NCBI GenBank assembly: GCA_002788675.1
Contig: PFRS01000005.1
Coordinates: 314,635 to 378,634 of the forward strand
Direction of reading: 5' to 3'
Source of the DNA: Candidatus Pacebacteria bacterium CG_4_9_14_0_2_um_filter_40_15
GTDB taxonomy: Bacteria; Patescibacteriota; Microgenomatia; UBA1400; PJMF01
Length of the DNA: 64,000 nt
Made by a program: the position numbers and the translations under genes. Every line of letters begins with the position of its first letter. Position 1 is the stretch's first letter. Below the pieces are notes generated by a model, which was given only the letters and a program-made list of their open reading frames with translations, ran no database searches and was not told where the DNA came from. Shown one piece after another: positions 50,046 through 60,326 of the stretch.

Positions 50046-51827
50046 TTATATGTTTTTTCGCAGCAACACAATTTCTTTGAGGAGCTGGTTTTGCTTCTCT
50101 TCTTCAGCTTCGGTTTTGTCTGGTTTATCATCGAGTAGAGCTAGTTTATAGGTAATTTGATTTATCCGCTCAGTGATACTGAGTTTCTGCAGTTTTGCCA
50201 GCGCTGTTTTCCATTCTTCGTCGCTTCCGTCTGAGGTTGCCGATGAGAATGAACGATACTCTGCCATAAGATCAAAAATCGTTTGCTTAAGATCTTCTGG
50301 TAAATGCATTGAAAAGGTCTTCACCGTTACGGTTCCTTCCTGAGAAGCTAATGAACGAATAATTTGATTGAGCCCTGCAGTCTCAAAATTAAACTCAGCC
50401 AACTCTTGTGCGCGATCAACCAGTCTCCGTTCATCACCGCTAAACAATAAATACACACAGTATTGTTCTTGCTTTTCTTTTGGTGAAAGTTTTTTGGCCT
50501 CAATCTTTTGTGCTTCAGTTTTTTCCTTCTTTTCTTCTGGAAGCTTCTTATGTTTCTTATATGACTGAATGTCATCCTTGACTGTCTGCTGCTGCACACC
50601 TAATTTTTCTGAAACTGATTTTATGTAGTGCTCAAGCTCGACTGCATGAGAAACACTCGAGAGAACCGGTGCCAACTCTTCCATAATTTTTCGTTTGCCA
50701 GATGGAGTAGTGGCATCAAACTGAATAAATGCAGCAGAAATTAAAAAGTCATAGGCTGTTACCGAATGTTTAACAGTTTCACGCCACAATTTAGGATCTT
50801 TGCGAATTAATTCGTCAGGATCTTTTCCTTCTGGCACCTGAAGAACACGAAGCTCAACTTTTGTTGACTTCAACACATCGATCGATTTTTTGGTTGCTTT
50901 CACACCAGCTTCATCACTATCGAGCGCTAACAAAACTGTGTCCGAAACTCGAGCTAACAGCTTTGCATGATCTTCAGTAAGAGCTGAACCTTTAATAGCT
51001 ACAATATTATTCACATGAGCCTGTTGTGAGGTAACTACATCGAACTCACCTTCAACAACAATCACGCTACCTGCTTTACGAATATGTTGGAACAACTCAC
51101 TAAAACCAAACAGCATCTTACTCTTGTGATACAGCAACGTTTCTGGCGAGTTAATATACTTTGCATCTTTAGCGGTGCCTTCCAGGACTCTACCGGAAAA
51201 GCCAACGACCCGACCTCGGCTATCTCGCAGAGGGAACATAACTCGGCCACGGAACCGATCGTAGTAGCGGCCATTTTTCCCTTTAAGTATTAAACCCGCT
51301 TGCTCGAGCAGATCGAGTGAGTACTTCTTTTTCTTATGCAGAAATGTCATCAGACCATCCCAGCCAGGCAGTGAGTACCCTAATTGAAATAACTTAATGG
51401 ATTCATTATTTACGTGGCGATTTTTGAGATACTCGCGGGCAACTTCACCCGTTTTATGTTCAGTAAGAAGATAGTGATAGTACTCTTTTGCTAGGTCAAG
51501 AACCTCAAGTAATTGCTCTTGCAGTTCATCATCACTTGACTTTTTATAGGACTCTAGAGTAATATTAGCCTTATCTGCCAAATGTTGAAGGGCTTCAGCA
51601 AAGCTCATCCCTTCATATTTTTCAAGAAAAGTGAACGCATCACCGCTCTCACCACAGCCAAAACACTTGTACCGCTGGAGGCGTTCATCGACAAAAAAAG
51701 ACGGACTTTTCTCGCCATGAAATGGACAGAGACCCCTAAAATAGGTGCCGCTTCTCTGGATCGAGATTCGCGACCCAATGACATCAACGATGTCGCTGGC
51801 TTCTTTTACTTCTTGGATTTGTGACAT
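50046..51827 (-). CDS. dnaG: DNA primase
   Basis: CPFH...CFGC, FRGRVMFP, KYINSPET, VEGEFD, DSDEAG and KDPD. Confidence 0.97.
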   Translation of the reverse strand: MSQIQEVKEASDIVDVIGSRISIQRSGTYFRGLCPFHGEKSPSFFVDERLQRYKCFGCGESGDAFTFLEKYEGMSFAEALQHLADKANITLESYKKSSDDELQEQLLEVLDLAKEYYHYLLTEHKTGEVAREYLKNRHVNNESIKLFQLGYSLPGWDGLMTFLHKKKKYSLDLLEQAGLILKGKNGRYYDRFRGRVMFPLRDSRGRVVGFSGRVLEGTAKDAKYINSPETLLYHKSKMLFGFSELFQHIRKAGSVIVVEGEFDVVTSQQAHVNNIVAIKGSALTEDHAKLLARVSDTVLLALDSDEAGVKATKKSIDVLKSTKVELRVLQVPEGKDPDELIRKDPKLWRETVKHSVTAYDFLISAAFIQFDATTPSGKRKIMEELAPVLSSVSHAVELEHYIKSVSEKLGVQQQTVKDDIQSYKKHKKLPEEKKEKTEAQKIEAKKLSPKEKQEQYCVYLLFSGDERRLVDRAQELAEFNFETAGLNQIIRSLASQEGTVTVKTFSMHLPEDLKQTIFDLMAEYRSFSSATSDGSDEEWKTALAKLQKLSITERINQITYKLALLDDKPDKTEAEEEKQNQLLKEIVLLRKNI

Positions 51828-51896
51828 AGTGTAGATTCATTTTATACTGTATCAAAGCAGATCGCTAGCACTAGCTAGCAGAAAGACAAATAAAAT

Positions 51897-52277
51897 ATGA
51901 CAAATAACGATACATCAGACAAAAAAAATAAAAAAACAGAGACCTCTGTGTCGCACCACAGCACGCCATTTGCAAAATACTTTAATATCTTAAGTGATAT
52001 TGATAAAAACAAGCGTTATTCACAAGAGTATGGTTCTATACTTATCCTGAGTTTAGTTGAAGAAATTGGAGAAATGTCTCGTGCATACTTGGCTGAACAT
52101 GGCCGTAAAAAAAGCAACCTTAGTGCTCAAGCTGATGAAACATATGAGCAAGAGCTTGGTGACATTTTACTGGTTATCTTACGTTTTGCCCGCATAAAAC
52201 ATATTGATCTTGATGAACGCCTCATGTACTCACTCAATAAAATCCTTGCCCGCAAGGACAAACCAAAAGGCGCCTAA
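51897..52277 (+). CDS. MazG-like nucleotide pyrophosphohydrolase
   Basis: LVEEIGE...ELGD. Confidence 0.75.
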   Translation: MTNNDTSDKKNKKTETSVSHHSTPFAKYFNILSDIDKNKRYSQEYGSILILSLVEEIGEMSRAYLAEHGRKKSNLSAQADETYEQELGDILLVILRFARIKHIDLDERLMYSLNKILARKDKPKGA

Positions 52278-52322
52278 TCCTACGTTCTACCAGCCACACG
52301 TATCTAGTGTTACACTAGGTAC

Positions 52323-53900
52323 GTGCAAGATTTACTCGATTCAATAACCAAAAATAAAAAGGCTGTGCTAATTCTTTCGGCACTCATTTTTTTCTTTTCT
52401 CTCTTCTTCTTTCGATCTATCATGCTGCAAACCGCAGACCTGGGTAGATACTTAGTTAATGGCCGTGAAATCCTGTCTGGAAACTGGCAAGCTTTAGTTA
52501 CCACAAACTTCTACTCCTACACCTATCCCGACTATCCTTTTATTAATCATCATTGGTTTTTTGGTGTAATTGCCTACAGCATCCAACAAGCTTTTGGCTT
52601 TGCTGGGCTTTCGCTCTTTGGTGTAGTTACAACTACAACTGCTTTTGGGGCTCTAGTCTACTGGAGTTATAAACGATATGGCTTGGTTCCTGCAGTAACC
52701 GCTGGCTTCCTCATGATCCCACTCATAACCACACGACATGAAATTAGACCTGAATTGATTAGTTTACTGGGAGTTACCATATACTTTATTGTGCTTGAAA
52801 GATTCACACATTCACGTCTGAAGTGGTACTGGCTTTGGATACCGTTGTTCCTGACTCAACTTGTCTGGCAAAATACCCATTTATTTTTTATTCTAGGATT
52901 GTTTGAACTGTTTGTGTTCTGGCTCTACGCAGTAGCAAGCAAAAACTGGCACGCGAGCAAGCACCTTGGGGCACTCGGTGTCGTCTCTGCCGGCCTAACC
53001 CTACTTAATCCTAATACAGTAACTGGTGCACTCATGCCCTTCACTATTTTTAAAGAATATGGCTATCGTGTGGCTGAAAATCAGTCTTGGCTGTTTATGT
53101 TGAACTACTTTCACTATCATATTCAAATGTATGAACTTTTTATTGCGGTGCTCCTTGTACTGGTAGGAGGCTTCGTGCTTATAAAAACAGCACAAAAAAA
53201 ACGTCTCTTCCTTCTTACTCTTGCTACTATTTCTTTGACCTTTGGCATCGTCACTTTTAAAGTAAATAGACTTGCTTCGTTTTGGGGAGTTTTGAGTATT
53301 CCACTTGTTGCTGAACTTGTTGCATATTTCGCTCATACCTACAATAAAAAGTTTCGTGCCCTCTTCGACGACTCACTGGGGATGATGTTTCTATCATCAG
53401 TGGGATTTATCGCCCTAATAGCACTGGCTTGGACGGGGTTATTCATGCCATTTGCTGCCAACACAGGTATTGGACTTGCTCCTGGAGTAAACCAAGTTGC
53501 TGAATTCATAAAAAAACAACACCTTCAGGGGCCCGTTTTTAACAATTATGATATTGGCGGCTACTTGATCTATCATTTGTATCCCGAAGAAAAAGTTTTC
53601 GTTGATAATCGCCCCGAAGCGTATCCTACAGAGTTCTTTGAAAATGAGTATATTGGACCTCAAAATGATTCCAAGCAGTGGCGTGAGTTAGATAAAAAAT
53701 ATGATTTCAACCTTATCGTGTTCTACCGACATGACTTAACTGAGTGGGCTCAAAAATTTATGATTGATCGTGTTTCTGATGAAAACTGGGTTCCCATTTA
53801 TGTTGACAACTACAGCATCATATTTATAAAAAATGTGCCTGAAAATGCTGATGTTATTAGCATTTTTGAGCTACCGCAAAGCATGTTCGGCATCAAATAG
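52323..53900 (+). CDS. Polytopic membrane protein (GT-C glycosyltransferase-like)
   Basis: Many TMs; DLGRYL..G, RPE, FNNYDIGGYL and FVDNR. Confidence 0.7.
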   Translation: MQDLLDSITKNKKAVLILSALIFFFSLFFFRSIMLQTADLGRYLVNGREILSGNWQALVTTNFYSYTYPDYPFINHHWFFGVIAYSIQQAFGFAGLSLFGVVTTTTAFGALVYWSYKRYGLVPAVTAGFLMIPLITTRHEIRPELISLLGVTIYFIVLERFTHSRLKWYWLWIPLFLTQLVWQNTHLFFILGLFELFVFWLYAVASKNWHASKHLGALGVVSAGLTLLNPNTVTGALMPFTIFKEYGYRVAENQSWLFMLNYFHYHIQMYELFIAVLLVLVGGFVLIKTAQKKRLFLLTLATISLTFGIVTFKVNRLASFWGVLSIPLVAELVAYFAHTYNKKFRALFDDSLGMMFLSSVGFIALIALAWTGLFMPFAANTGIGLAPGVNQVAEFIKKQHLQGPVFNNYDIGGYLIYHLYPEEKVFVDNRPEAYPTEFFENEYIGPQNDSKQWRELDKKYDFNLIVFYRHDLTEWAQKFMIDRVSDENWVPIYVDNYSIIFIKNVPENADVISIFELPQSMFGIK

Positions 53901-53938
53901 TTTTTGCACCCCTTCCTCGAGCATAATATCCTATAACA

Positions 53939-53967
53939 TTGACTTTTGGGTGTTTTTCTGCTATACT
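53939..53967 (+). promoter_or_regulatory. sigma70 promoter TTGACT-17-TATACT
   Basis: Near-consensus hexamers with extended TG. Confidence 0.6.
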
Positions 53968-54134
53968 GGAAGATAGTATCCCAAGGTGCATCACTACGAT
54001 TCACCAATTGGGCTGCTCGCACATTAATATAACGAATTTTTATTTCTCCCACTTTGATGGGCTTAGTAAGCTTTTAAATTTTATTAAAATTTAGGGCTTT
54101 CGGGCCCATTAACTATCCTGGAGGATATTTTAAA

Positions 54135-54884
54135 ATGAAGACAATAGCTCTGTTAGTTTTGACTTTAATTGCCAACTTGCAATCATGCTTAGGTTTAGAT
54201 CAAGACGTGAAAGATTTGAATGCAATCATCTACAAAGAGGTAGCAGCAGAAATTACATCTGAAGCTTATCTTGATGATCAAATCATTATCGATATCACCG
54301 AAAATTCTGGTGAAATTACGATTAGTGATGGGAATGTGTCCCACACTATTGAGGTCATGCTCAGCGTTCTAGCTGAACAGGACTTTGATGCTGCCCATCC
54401 GACAATTTTAACAATTGTCAAAGTGGACAACAATGTAGCCTGCATGACCCAACAAAAAGACGGCCGGTTGCTTGAGGGCACCAACTATTCAATTGAAAAA
54501 TTTCAATGTGATCCCTTGTTCCATAACCTCTTAGCTAGCGGAAAGTGGGACATTGTTGAAAACGTTGATGGTCTTGCTTTTACAGAAGACTATAACTTGG
54601 TGCTACTCATTGATGAGGCACCAAACAATGATCAATTTTCTTATACTGGAAAGGACGGCTCTCCTCAGATTTTTGAAGTTAAACTTTTGAGCATGACGCC
54701 AAAGGAAAATACCTATCAATATACATACCTCGTTACCCATAATGGGACGAAGGTATGTACAATTAAAGAAATGACCGACGGCGGCATGTCTGAAACCTCA
54801 ATTTCAGGCTATGATAATTGTGGCCGGCAAACGTTTCTTGATGGGTATACCATCACTGTTGCTGGTCACTTTTTGGAAAAATAA
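54135..54884 (+). CDS. Hypothetical secreted protein or lipoprotein
   Basis: Signal MKTIALLVLTLIANLQSC; GGAGG SD. Confidence 0.7.
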   Translation: MKTIALLVLTLIANLQSCLGLDQDVKDLNAIIYKEVAAEITSEAYLDDQIIIDITENSGEITISDGNVSHTIEVMLSVLAEQDFDAAHPTILTIVKVDNNVACMTQQKDGRLLEGTNYSIEKFQCDPLFHNLLASGKWDIVENVDGLAFTEDYNLVLLIDEAPNNDQFSYTGKDGSPQIFEVKLLSMTPKENTYQYTYLVTHNGTKVCTIKEMTDGGMSETSISGYDNCGRQTFLDGYTITVAGHFLEK

Positions 54885-54903
54885 AAAATATTCGTTATAT
54901 ATC

Positions 54904-54978
54904 AAACGCTCCTCATCCCGAGGGGCGTTTTTTGTGGCTAAAAACAGAATTGGCGCACCTTGCGGTGCGCCAAATTCT
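54904..54978. terminator. Two back-to-back terminators
   Basis: AAACGCTCCTC...GAGGGGCGTTTTTT and TTGGCGCACC-ttgc-GGTGCGCCAA. Confidence 0.7.
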
Positions 54979-54989
54979 TACTACTTTAA

Positions 54990-55583
54990 CTATTTTGGCT
55001 TGTTGTTCTCTTGAAAAATGCGCACAACTTCTGAAGTGCTCATGAACAAGAAAATGATGGCAATGGTGAAATACAACTCATTGCCAAAATATGCAACGAG
55101 CACACTTGTACAAACAATCACTGCCGTGCTGACCTTGTACCAGACCCAAAACTGTTTGTCTTCGACAAGCTTGATACGTGTAACCACGTAGGCTATGCCA
55201 TATTCAACAAACATAAATAATGCTATGGGAAACACAGCCAAAATGTCACCCAGAAGGACATACACTAACATGGCACCAAAACCCAAAGGGGTACTGATAA
55301 AAAGCATCCATTTGTATATTGGAATAATCCAAAGCATATCTGCATCACCCATTTGAGCGATGCTGCTTGTCATTGCCACAGCAAAAGCAACAATTGGCAA
55401 CAAACAAACTGCCACAACTGTTGCTATCTCAAGCCAACGGACATCAAAAAGCAAATGGACATAAAAACCACTGGCCAACGGGATAATCACTAAAAGCAAA
55501 AGAATTATGCTCAAGTAATACCCATGACCTTCACTAAAAAATGAAACTACTTTGTTTTTCATCTTTTTTTTCTGAACCTCCAT
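54990..55583 (-). CDS. Hypothetical multi-TM protein
   Basis: About six hydrophobic segments. Confidence 0.65.
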   Translation of the reverse strand: MEVQKKKMKNKVVSFFSEGHGYYLSIILLLLVIIPLASGFYVHLLFDVRWLEIATVVAVCLLPIVAFAVAMTSSIAQMGDADMLWIIPIYKWMLFISTPLGFGAMLVYVLLGDILAVFPIALFMFVEYGIAYVVTRIKLVEDKQFWVWYKVSTAVIVCTSVLVAYFGNELYFTIAIIFLFMSTSEVVRIFQENNKPK

Positions 55584-55670
55584 TAAAGAACGTTTCTACT
55601 GCAAATATGTAATTAGCAGCAGAAAAATAGTAAGATCCTAGAATTATACTATAGAGACGTAGTAAAAGCA

Positions 55671-55937
55671 AAAAAAGAGCTCAGACTATGGGGGGGCCTG
55701 AGCTCAGATACAAACTGTTTTTCAATCCAAGTTACTATTTGTTTAAATTAAAATCACATCATAGAAGATAGGTCCTCCTTTTTTTAGCTCAGCCATTCCG
55801 ACTGGAGAAAGTTAGATCACCCCCTCTGTGTTGATTTTTAGTTTAATCATAGTTGCTTGCTCCTTGTTTGAAACAGGTTGTTAAGATTCAGCTTCAACTC
55901 CTTTGTGCGCCTTGCACGCTCGAGCTGAAGCAGTAAT
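55671..55937 (-). ncRNA. Candidate structured small RNA with multiple SD motifs and mini-ORFs
   Basis: TGgTAACAT -10 at 55943-55951; 5' stem GCTTCAGCTC/GAGTTGAAGC; 3' terminator GAGCTCAG...CTGAGCTC-TTTTTT. Confidence 0.45.
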
Positions 55938-55989
55938 GTAGTATGTTACCACAGATACTCGAGATTACAATACGTCACAAATGCGTAAG

Positions 55990-57675
55990 CTATAAGATGC
56001 GCTTAAATAAACGATGCAAATCTTGCATTTCAAAATCAATGTACACCGGTCTGCCATGCGGACAGGTAAACTGTGTTTTGGTTGAAAATAATTTTTCAAG
56101 GAGTCTTCTCCGTTCATCTTGTGAAAGCGCTTCACCTGCCTTAATAGCCGTACGACAAGCCAAAAAAGCCAGAGTTCTATGCGTAGTGCTATCTAACTCT
56201 GAAATGGGTCTATCTTCCAATAAATCAGCAGCAAACTCCTGTAACAGCACTTCAAAGTTACGACCATGAAAAACTTTGGGCGCAGCTTTGACTGTGATCA
56301 ACGTATCTGCAAAAGTTAACACAAAACCCATTTTTGCTAAAACTGCATGATGCTCTTCAAGTGTCATATGCTCTGTTTTGGAAAGCACTACTTTAATAGG
56401 CTTAGAGAATTTTTGACTTTCCTGACTTTTTTTGGCTTCAAATGCTTCAAGAAATTGTTGATACAAAATGCGCTCATGGGCGGCATGCTGATCGATAATC
56501 ACAATCCCATGAGATGTCTGTGCAATTAAGTACAAATTGTGTACCTGCAGTATTTCAGCATTTTCCTTAAGTGAAAAATCTTTTACAGTCCACGGATCAA
56601 CATCTGCGCGCAACACTTGGGCAGTGATTTCTTCCATTGTGTTGTCTCGAAGCACTGAATCAACTCCCGTGCCATGACTGGCATAGTGCAAGTCCTCACG
56701 CTCAAGCACGCCGCGAACAGCATCTTGCACGAGCACACGGACTGCTTTCTCATTTATAAAGCTAACGGTATCTTTTTTTGGGGTAATATTTACATCGACC
56801 ATTTGTGATGGAATAGCCAAGTGCAACACAAACACAGGATAGGTGCGCGGTTCTAAAAGCGTTCCATAGACTTCCTTTATTGCTGCAGCAAGGTCAGGAC
56901 GCTGGACAGGTCGACCATTCACGAATAATAACTGTCGATGCTTTCCCTTATGTGCTAGCTGTGGAGCTCCTAAGTACCCAGAAATCGAGTAATGGTCACT
57001 GGAATGCGCCAACTCAAAGAGTAATTGCTGCCTAATCTGCAATACTGATTGAATTCGCTCTGCAGGCTTTTGGGCAGGTAAATCAAATAGATTCTTAGTG
57101 TTGTGTGTAACCGAAAAACGAATAGCAGCATTTGATACAAAGGTTGGCAACAAGACTCCTAAGTTTTTTTTAAGTTCGGTACTGTCCGACTTCAAAAATT
57201 TTCTACGTGCGGGAGTTTGTGCAAATAACTCAGTCACTGAAATCTGAGTCCCTACCGACATTCCAATCGCTGAAACTGAACTCAAGTTTCCATGCGAGAC
57301 TATAAGTTGTGCTCCAATTTTTTCCGAAGCTACTCTGCTCGCTATTTCGATTTTTGCAATTGTGGCCATGCTCGAAAGGGCCTCTCCTCTAAATCCAAAT
57401 GAACCTAAACTGAGCAAATCATCTAAAGAGGAGATTTTACTGGTACTATGCGCAGCCACAGCCAGTGGCAACTCATCAGGATACATACCGCCACCATCAT
57501 CAACAACAGTAATACGCTTAGTGCCACCTTCTTCGAGCATAATATCAATAGTCTGAGCACCAGCATCGAGTGCATTTTCAACCAGCTCTTTTATTACTGA
57601 TGCAGGATTTTCAATGACCTGACCGGCTGCTATCCGAGCGCGTACATCAGCTGAAAGTTCCTTTATTCTAAGCAT
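55990..57675 (-). CDS. mutL: DNA mismatch repair endonuclease MutL
   Basis: IKELVENALDAG, GFRGEAL, DQHAAHER, ACR and CPHGRP. Confidence 0.97.
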   Translation of the reverse strand: MLRIKELSADVRARIAAGQVIENPASVIKELVENALDAGAQTIDIMLEEGGTKRITVVDDGGGMYPDELPLAVAAHSTSKISSLDDLLSLGSFGFRGEALSSMATIAKIEIASRVASEKIGAQLIVSHGNLSSVSAIGMSVGTQISVTELFAQTPARRKFLKSDSTELKKNLGVLLPTFVSNAAIRFSVTHNTKNLFDLPAQKPAERIQSVLQIRQQLLFELAHSSDHYSISGYLGAPQLAHKGKHRQLLFVNGRPVQRPDLAAAIKEVYGTLLEPRTYPVFVLHLAIPSQMVDVNITPKKDTVSFINEKAVRVLVQDAVRGVLEREDLHYASHGTGVDSVLRDNTMEEITAQVLRADVDPWTVKDFSLKENAEILQVHNLYLIAQTSHGIVIIDQHAAHERILYQQFLEAFEAKKSQESQKFSKPIKVVLSKTEHMTLEEHHAVLAKMGFVLTFADTLITVKAAPKVFHGRNFEVLLQEFAADLLEDRPISELDSTTHRTLAFLACRTAIKAGEALSQDERRRLLEKLFSTKTQFTCPHGRPVYIDFEMQDLHRLFKRIL

Positions 57676-57676
57676 A

Positions 57677-60265
57677 CTATTTTAACTTCTTTTGTAATTT
57701 TTCGAGCGTCTTAAAAGCTTCTATTGGAGTGAGTGTATTCAAATTAACTGCTGCCAACTCTCTCAAAAGAGTAGCCTCAGAGGCATTTTTATTTGGTGAT
57801 ACATTTCCAATCTGAGCACCCTGCACGGACTGTGCTTCTAACTCAATTAAAATATGTTCAGCTCTTAGGGTGACTTTTGCGGGCACGCCTGCCATCTTAG
57901 CAACTGCCACACCAAAGCTGTGGGAGGCCCCACCAGCTAACACTGTGTGTAAAAAGGTTGGAGGTTCAGTTGTATCATCAATTGCCATGTGCACATTTTT
58001 AATACTTTTGGGGAAAAGTTCTTCAAGCTGCTGAAGTTCATGATAGTGTGTTGCAAATAATGTTTTAGGTCGACTCTTGGTATCTGAAACTAAAAACTCA
58101 GCAATTGCCCAAGCCAAACTAATACCATCGTAGGTACTCGTGCCTCGACCAATTTCATCCATAATAATTAAGCTCTTGCTGGTGGCATGATTTAAGATTG
58201 ATGCGGCTTCAACCATCTCCACCATAAAAGTTGACATGCCTGACGTAATAAAATCAGAGGCACCGCTTCTTACAAAAATTCTATCAACTAGGCTAATATG
58301 TGCATCCCTAGCTGGAACAAAGCTACCCATGTGTGCCATCAGCACAATCAAGGCAACCTGCCGCATGTACACAGACTTTCCGGCCATATTCGGACCAGTT
58401 ATCAGGAGTAGTTGATGTTCAGAGCCATCAAGCAGTGCATCATTGGGTACAAATCTACCTCGTTCGTGAATACTCTCAACTACTGCGTGCCGGCCTTCTG
58501 TTATGCGAATTTCATCACTTAAACCTACTACTGGCTTACAGTACCTTTTTTCAATGGCAGTTTGTGCAAAACTTGCCAAACAATCTACTTGCGCTGCGGC
58601 AGTTGCTGCCTCTTGTAGCTGTGCTAAGTAGGTCATTGTTGTAGTAACTATAGTTGCAAACAAGCCAACCTCAATTTTTTCAATCTGTTCTTCAGCCGTG
58701 AGAATTTTTTCTTCGTACTCTTTAAGTTCAGGCGTAATAAATCGTTCTGCGTTTACCAAGGTTTGTTTGCGATCATACTCTTTGGGTACCTGAGCCAGAT
58801 ACGATTTACTAATCTCAATATAATAGCCAAACACTTTATTGCTCTTAACCTTAAGCGTGATTATACCTGTCTTCTTTCGCTGAGCTGCTTCATACTCAAC
58901 AAGCCAAGCTTTGTCTCCTGACTGAAGTTTTCTGAGCTCATCAAGTTCCACATCAACACCAGCCGCAATCACCCCACCCTTTTTAACGTCTACTCTAGGA
59001 TCCTCTAAAAGGTTGTCATCCAAGTACTTCACAAGTTTCTCTATATCTTCAGGCATATGTCTCATCACCTCTGAAAGCAGTGGAGAACTGCATTTTTGCA
59101 ATGTCAGTTTACAGTTCAAAACTTCAAGTAGTGAATGTTTAAGTCTAATTAACTCTGGAGGCACCCCTAAACCAACTGAAAAGCGAGCCAAAATTCTTTC
59201 AATATCGTACATTCTAGACAGATTCTGTTGCAGCTCTTCGCGCAAATATTGGTTCGAAGCCAACTCATCCACCGCATCTAACCTCTGCTGAATACTCTTT
59301 TTTTGTGTGAGTGGCTCAACAAGCCACCTACGGAGCAAACGTGCGCCCACAGCACTTTTTGTGGCATCAATGGTATCAAGGAGCGAGCCTTTTTTATTTC
59401 CTTCACGAATGGTAGAAAATAACTCTAAATTTGAAATGGTTGATCGATCTAAAATTACAGCTTGAGCTTGCGAAAGTGCGTGAGGTGCCTGCAAATGTTG
59501 TACATCCATCTTTTGTGTGGTGCTCACATAAGCAAGAATAGCAGAACAAGCACGTTGCGCTTCAACCTTGTTCTCAATTCCAAATCCTGAAAGAGTGGTG
59601 ACTTTAAAGAACGAAGTTAATTGTTTTTTTGCATCCGAAGTTGCACTTTCCCACTCATGAAACACCGTCACGTTACAGTTTTCATACTCCGACAGAGTAG
59701 AAATAATCTCGTAGTTTGCATACTCAGTGGGTGAAACTAAAACTTCTCGAGGTTCATAGGTAACTAGAATGCCATCAAGCTCTTTTTGCCAGCCATCACG
59801 AGCTATCTCACAAGTGAAGAAGCTTCCAGTAGAGATATCAGCTAAAGCACAACCAACTTTTTTTGCTCCAAAAGAAATCGCACATAAATAATTATTCTTT
59901 CTTGAATGCAAAGAAGCGTCACTCATCACAGTGCCCGGAGTCACTATGCGAATAACTTCACGCTCCACAATACCTTTTTTGTCTGGCTCTGACATCTGTT
60001 CACAAATTGCTACTTTGTACCCTGCTCCAACCAGTTTGGCTAAATATGAATCTGCTGCATGAAAAGGAACACCTGCCATCGGAACGTGACCATCCTTACC
60101 TCGTGGCCGAGCGGTAAGAGTAATGCCCAAAACTCGAGCACCGACTTCAGCATCGTCTAAAAACAATTCGTAAAAGTCACCTAATCTGAAAAACAGCATA
60201 CAGTCGGGGTACTGGGCCTTTATATCCATGTACTGCTGCATCATTGGTGTCTGAAAATCTCGCAT
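57677..60265 (-). CDS. mutS: DNA mismatch repair protein MutS
   Basis: TPMMQQY, GDFYELF, GPNMAGKS, STFMVEM and DEIGRG. Confidence 0.97.
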   Translation of the reverse strand: MRDFQTPMMQQYMDIKAQYPDCMLFFRLGDFYELFLDDAEVGARVLGITLTARPRGKDGHVPMAGVPFHAADSYLAKLVGAGYKVAICEQMSEPDKKGIVEREVIRIVTPGTVMSDASLHSRKNNYLCAISFGAKKVGCALADISTGSFFTCEIARDGWQKELDGILVTYEPREVLVSPTEYANYEIISTLSEYENCNVTVFHEWESATSDAKKQLTSFFKVTTLSGFGIENKVEAQRACSAILAYVSTTQKMDVQHLQAPHALSQAQAVILDRSTISNLELFSTIREGNKKGSLLDTIDATKSAVGARLLRRWLVEPLTQKKSIQQRLDAVDELASNQYLREELQQNLSRMYDIERILARFSVGLGVPPELIRLKHSLLEVLNCKLTLQKCSSPLLSEVMRHMPEDIEKLVKYLDDNLLEDPRVDVKKGGVIAAGVDVELDELRKLQSGDKAWLVEYEAAQRKKTGIITLKVKSNKVFGYYIEISKSYLAQVPKEYDRKQTLVNAERFITPELKEYEEKILTAEEQIEKIEVGLFATIVTTTMTYLAQLQEAATAAAQVDCLASFAQTAIEKRYCKPVVGLSDEIRITEGRHAVVESIHERGRFVPNDALLDGSEHQLLLITGPNMAGKSVYMRQVALIVLMAHMGSFVPARDAHISLVDRIFVRSGASDFITSGMSTFMVEMVEAASILNHATSKSLIIMDEIGRGTSTYDGISLAWAIAEFLVSDTKSRPKTLFATHYHELQQLEELFPKSIKNVHMAIDDTTEPPTFLHTVLAGGASHSFGVAVAKMAGVPAKVTLRAEHILIELEAQSVQGAQIGNVSPNKNASEATLLRELAAVNLNTLTPIEAFKTLEKLQKKLK

Positions 60266-60326
60266 ACGTATTTCACTATAGCACGCAGAGATATAATTCA
60301 AAGTGGGTCAATAAGTGAGAATTTTT

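Noticed and set aside
2442-54978. GCGC-containing hairpins at 2442, 46741 and 54946 as a REP family mobilised by TnpA
   Set aside because: Sequences differ, each sits at a gene 3' end, and TnpA is IS200-type; terminators are the simpler explanation.
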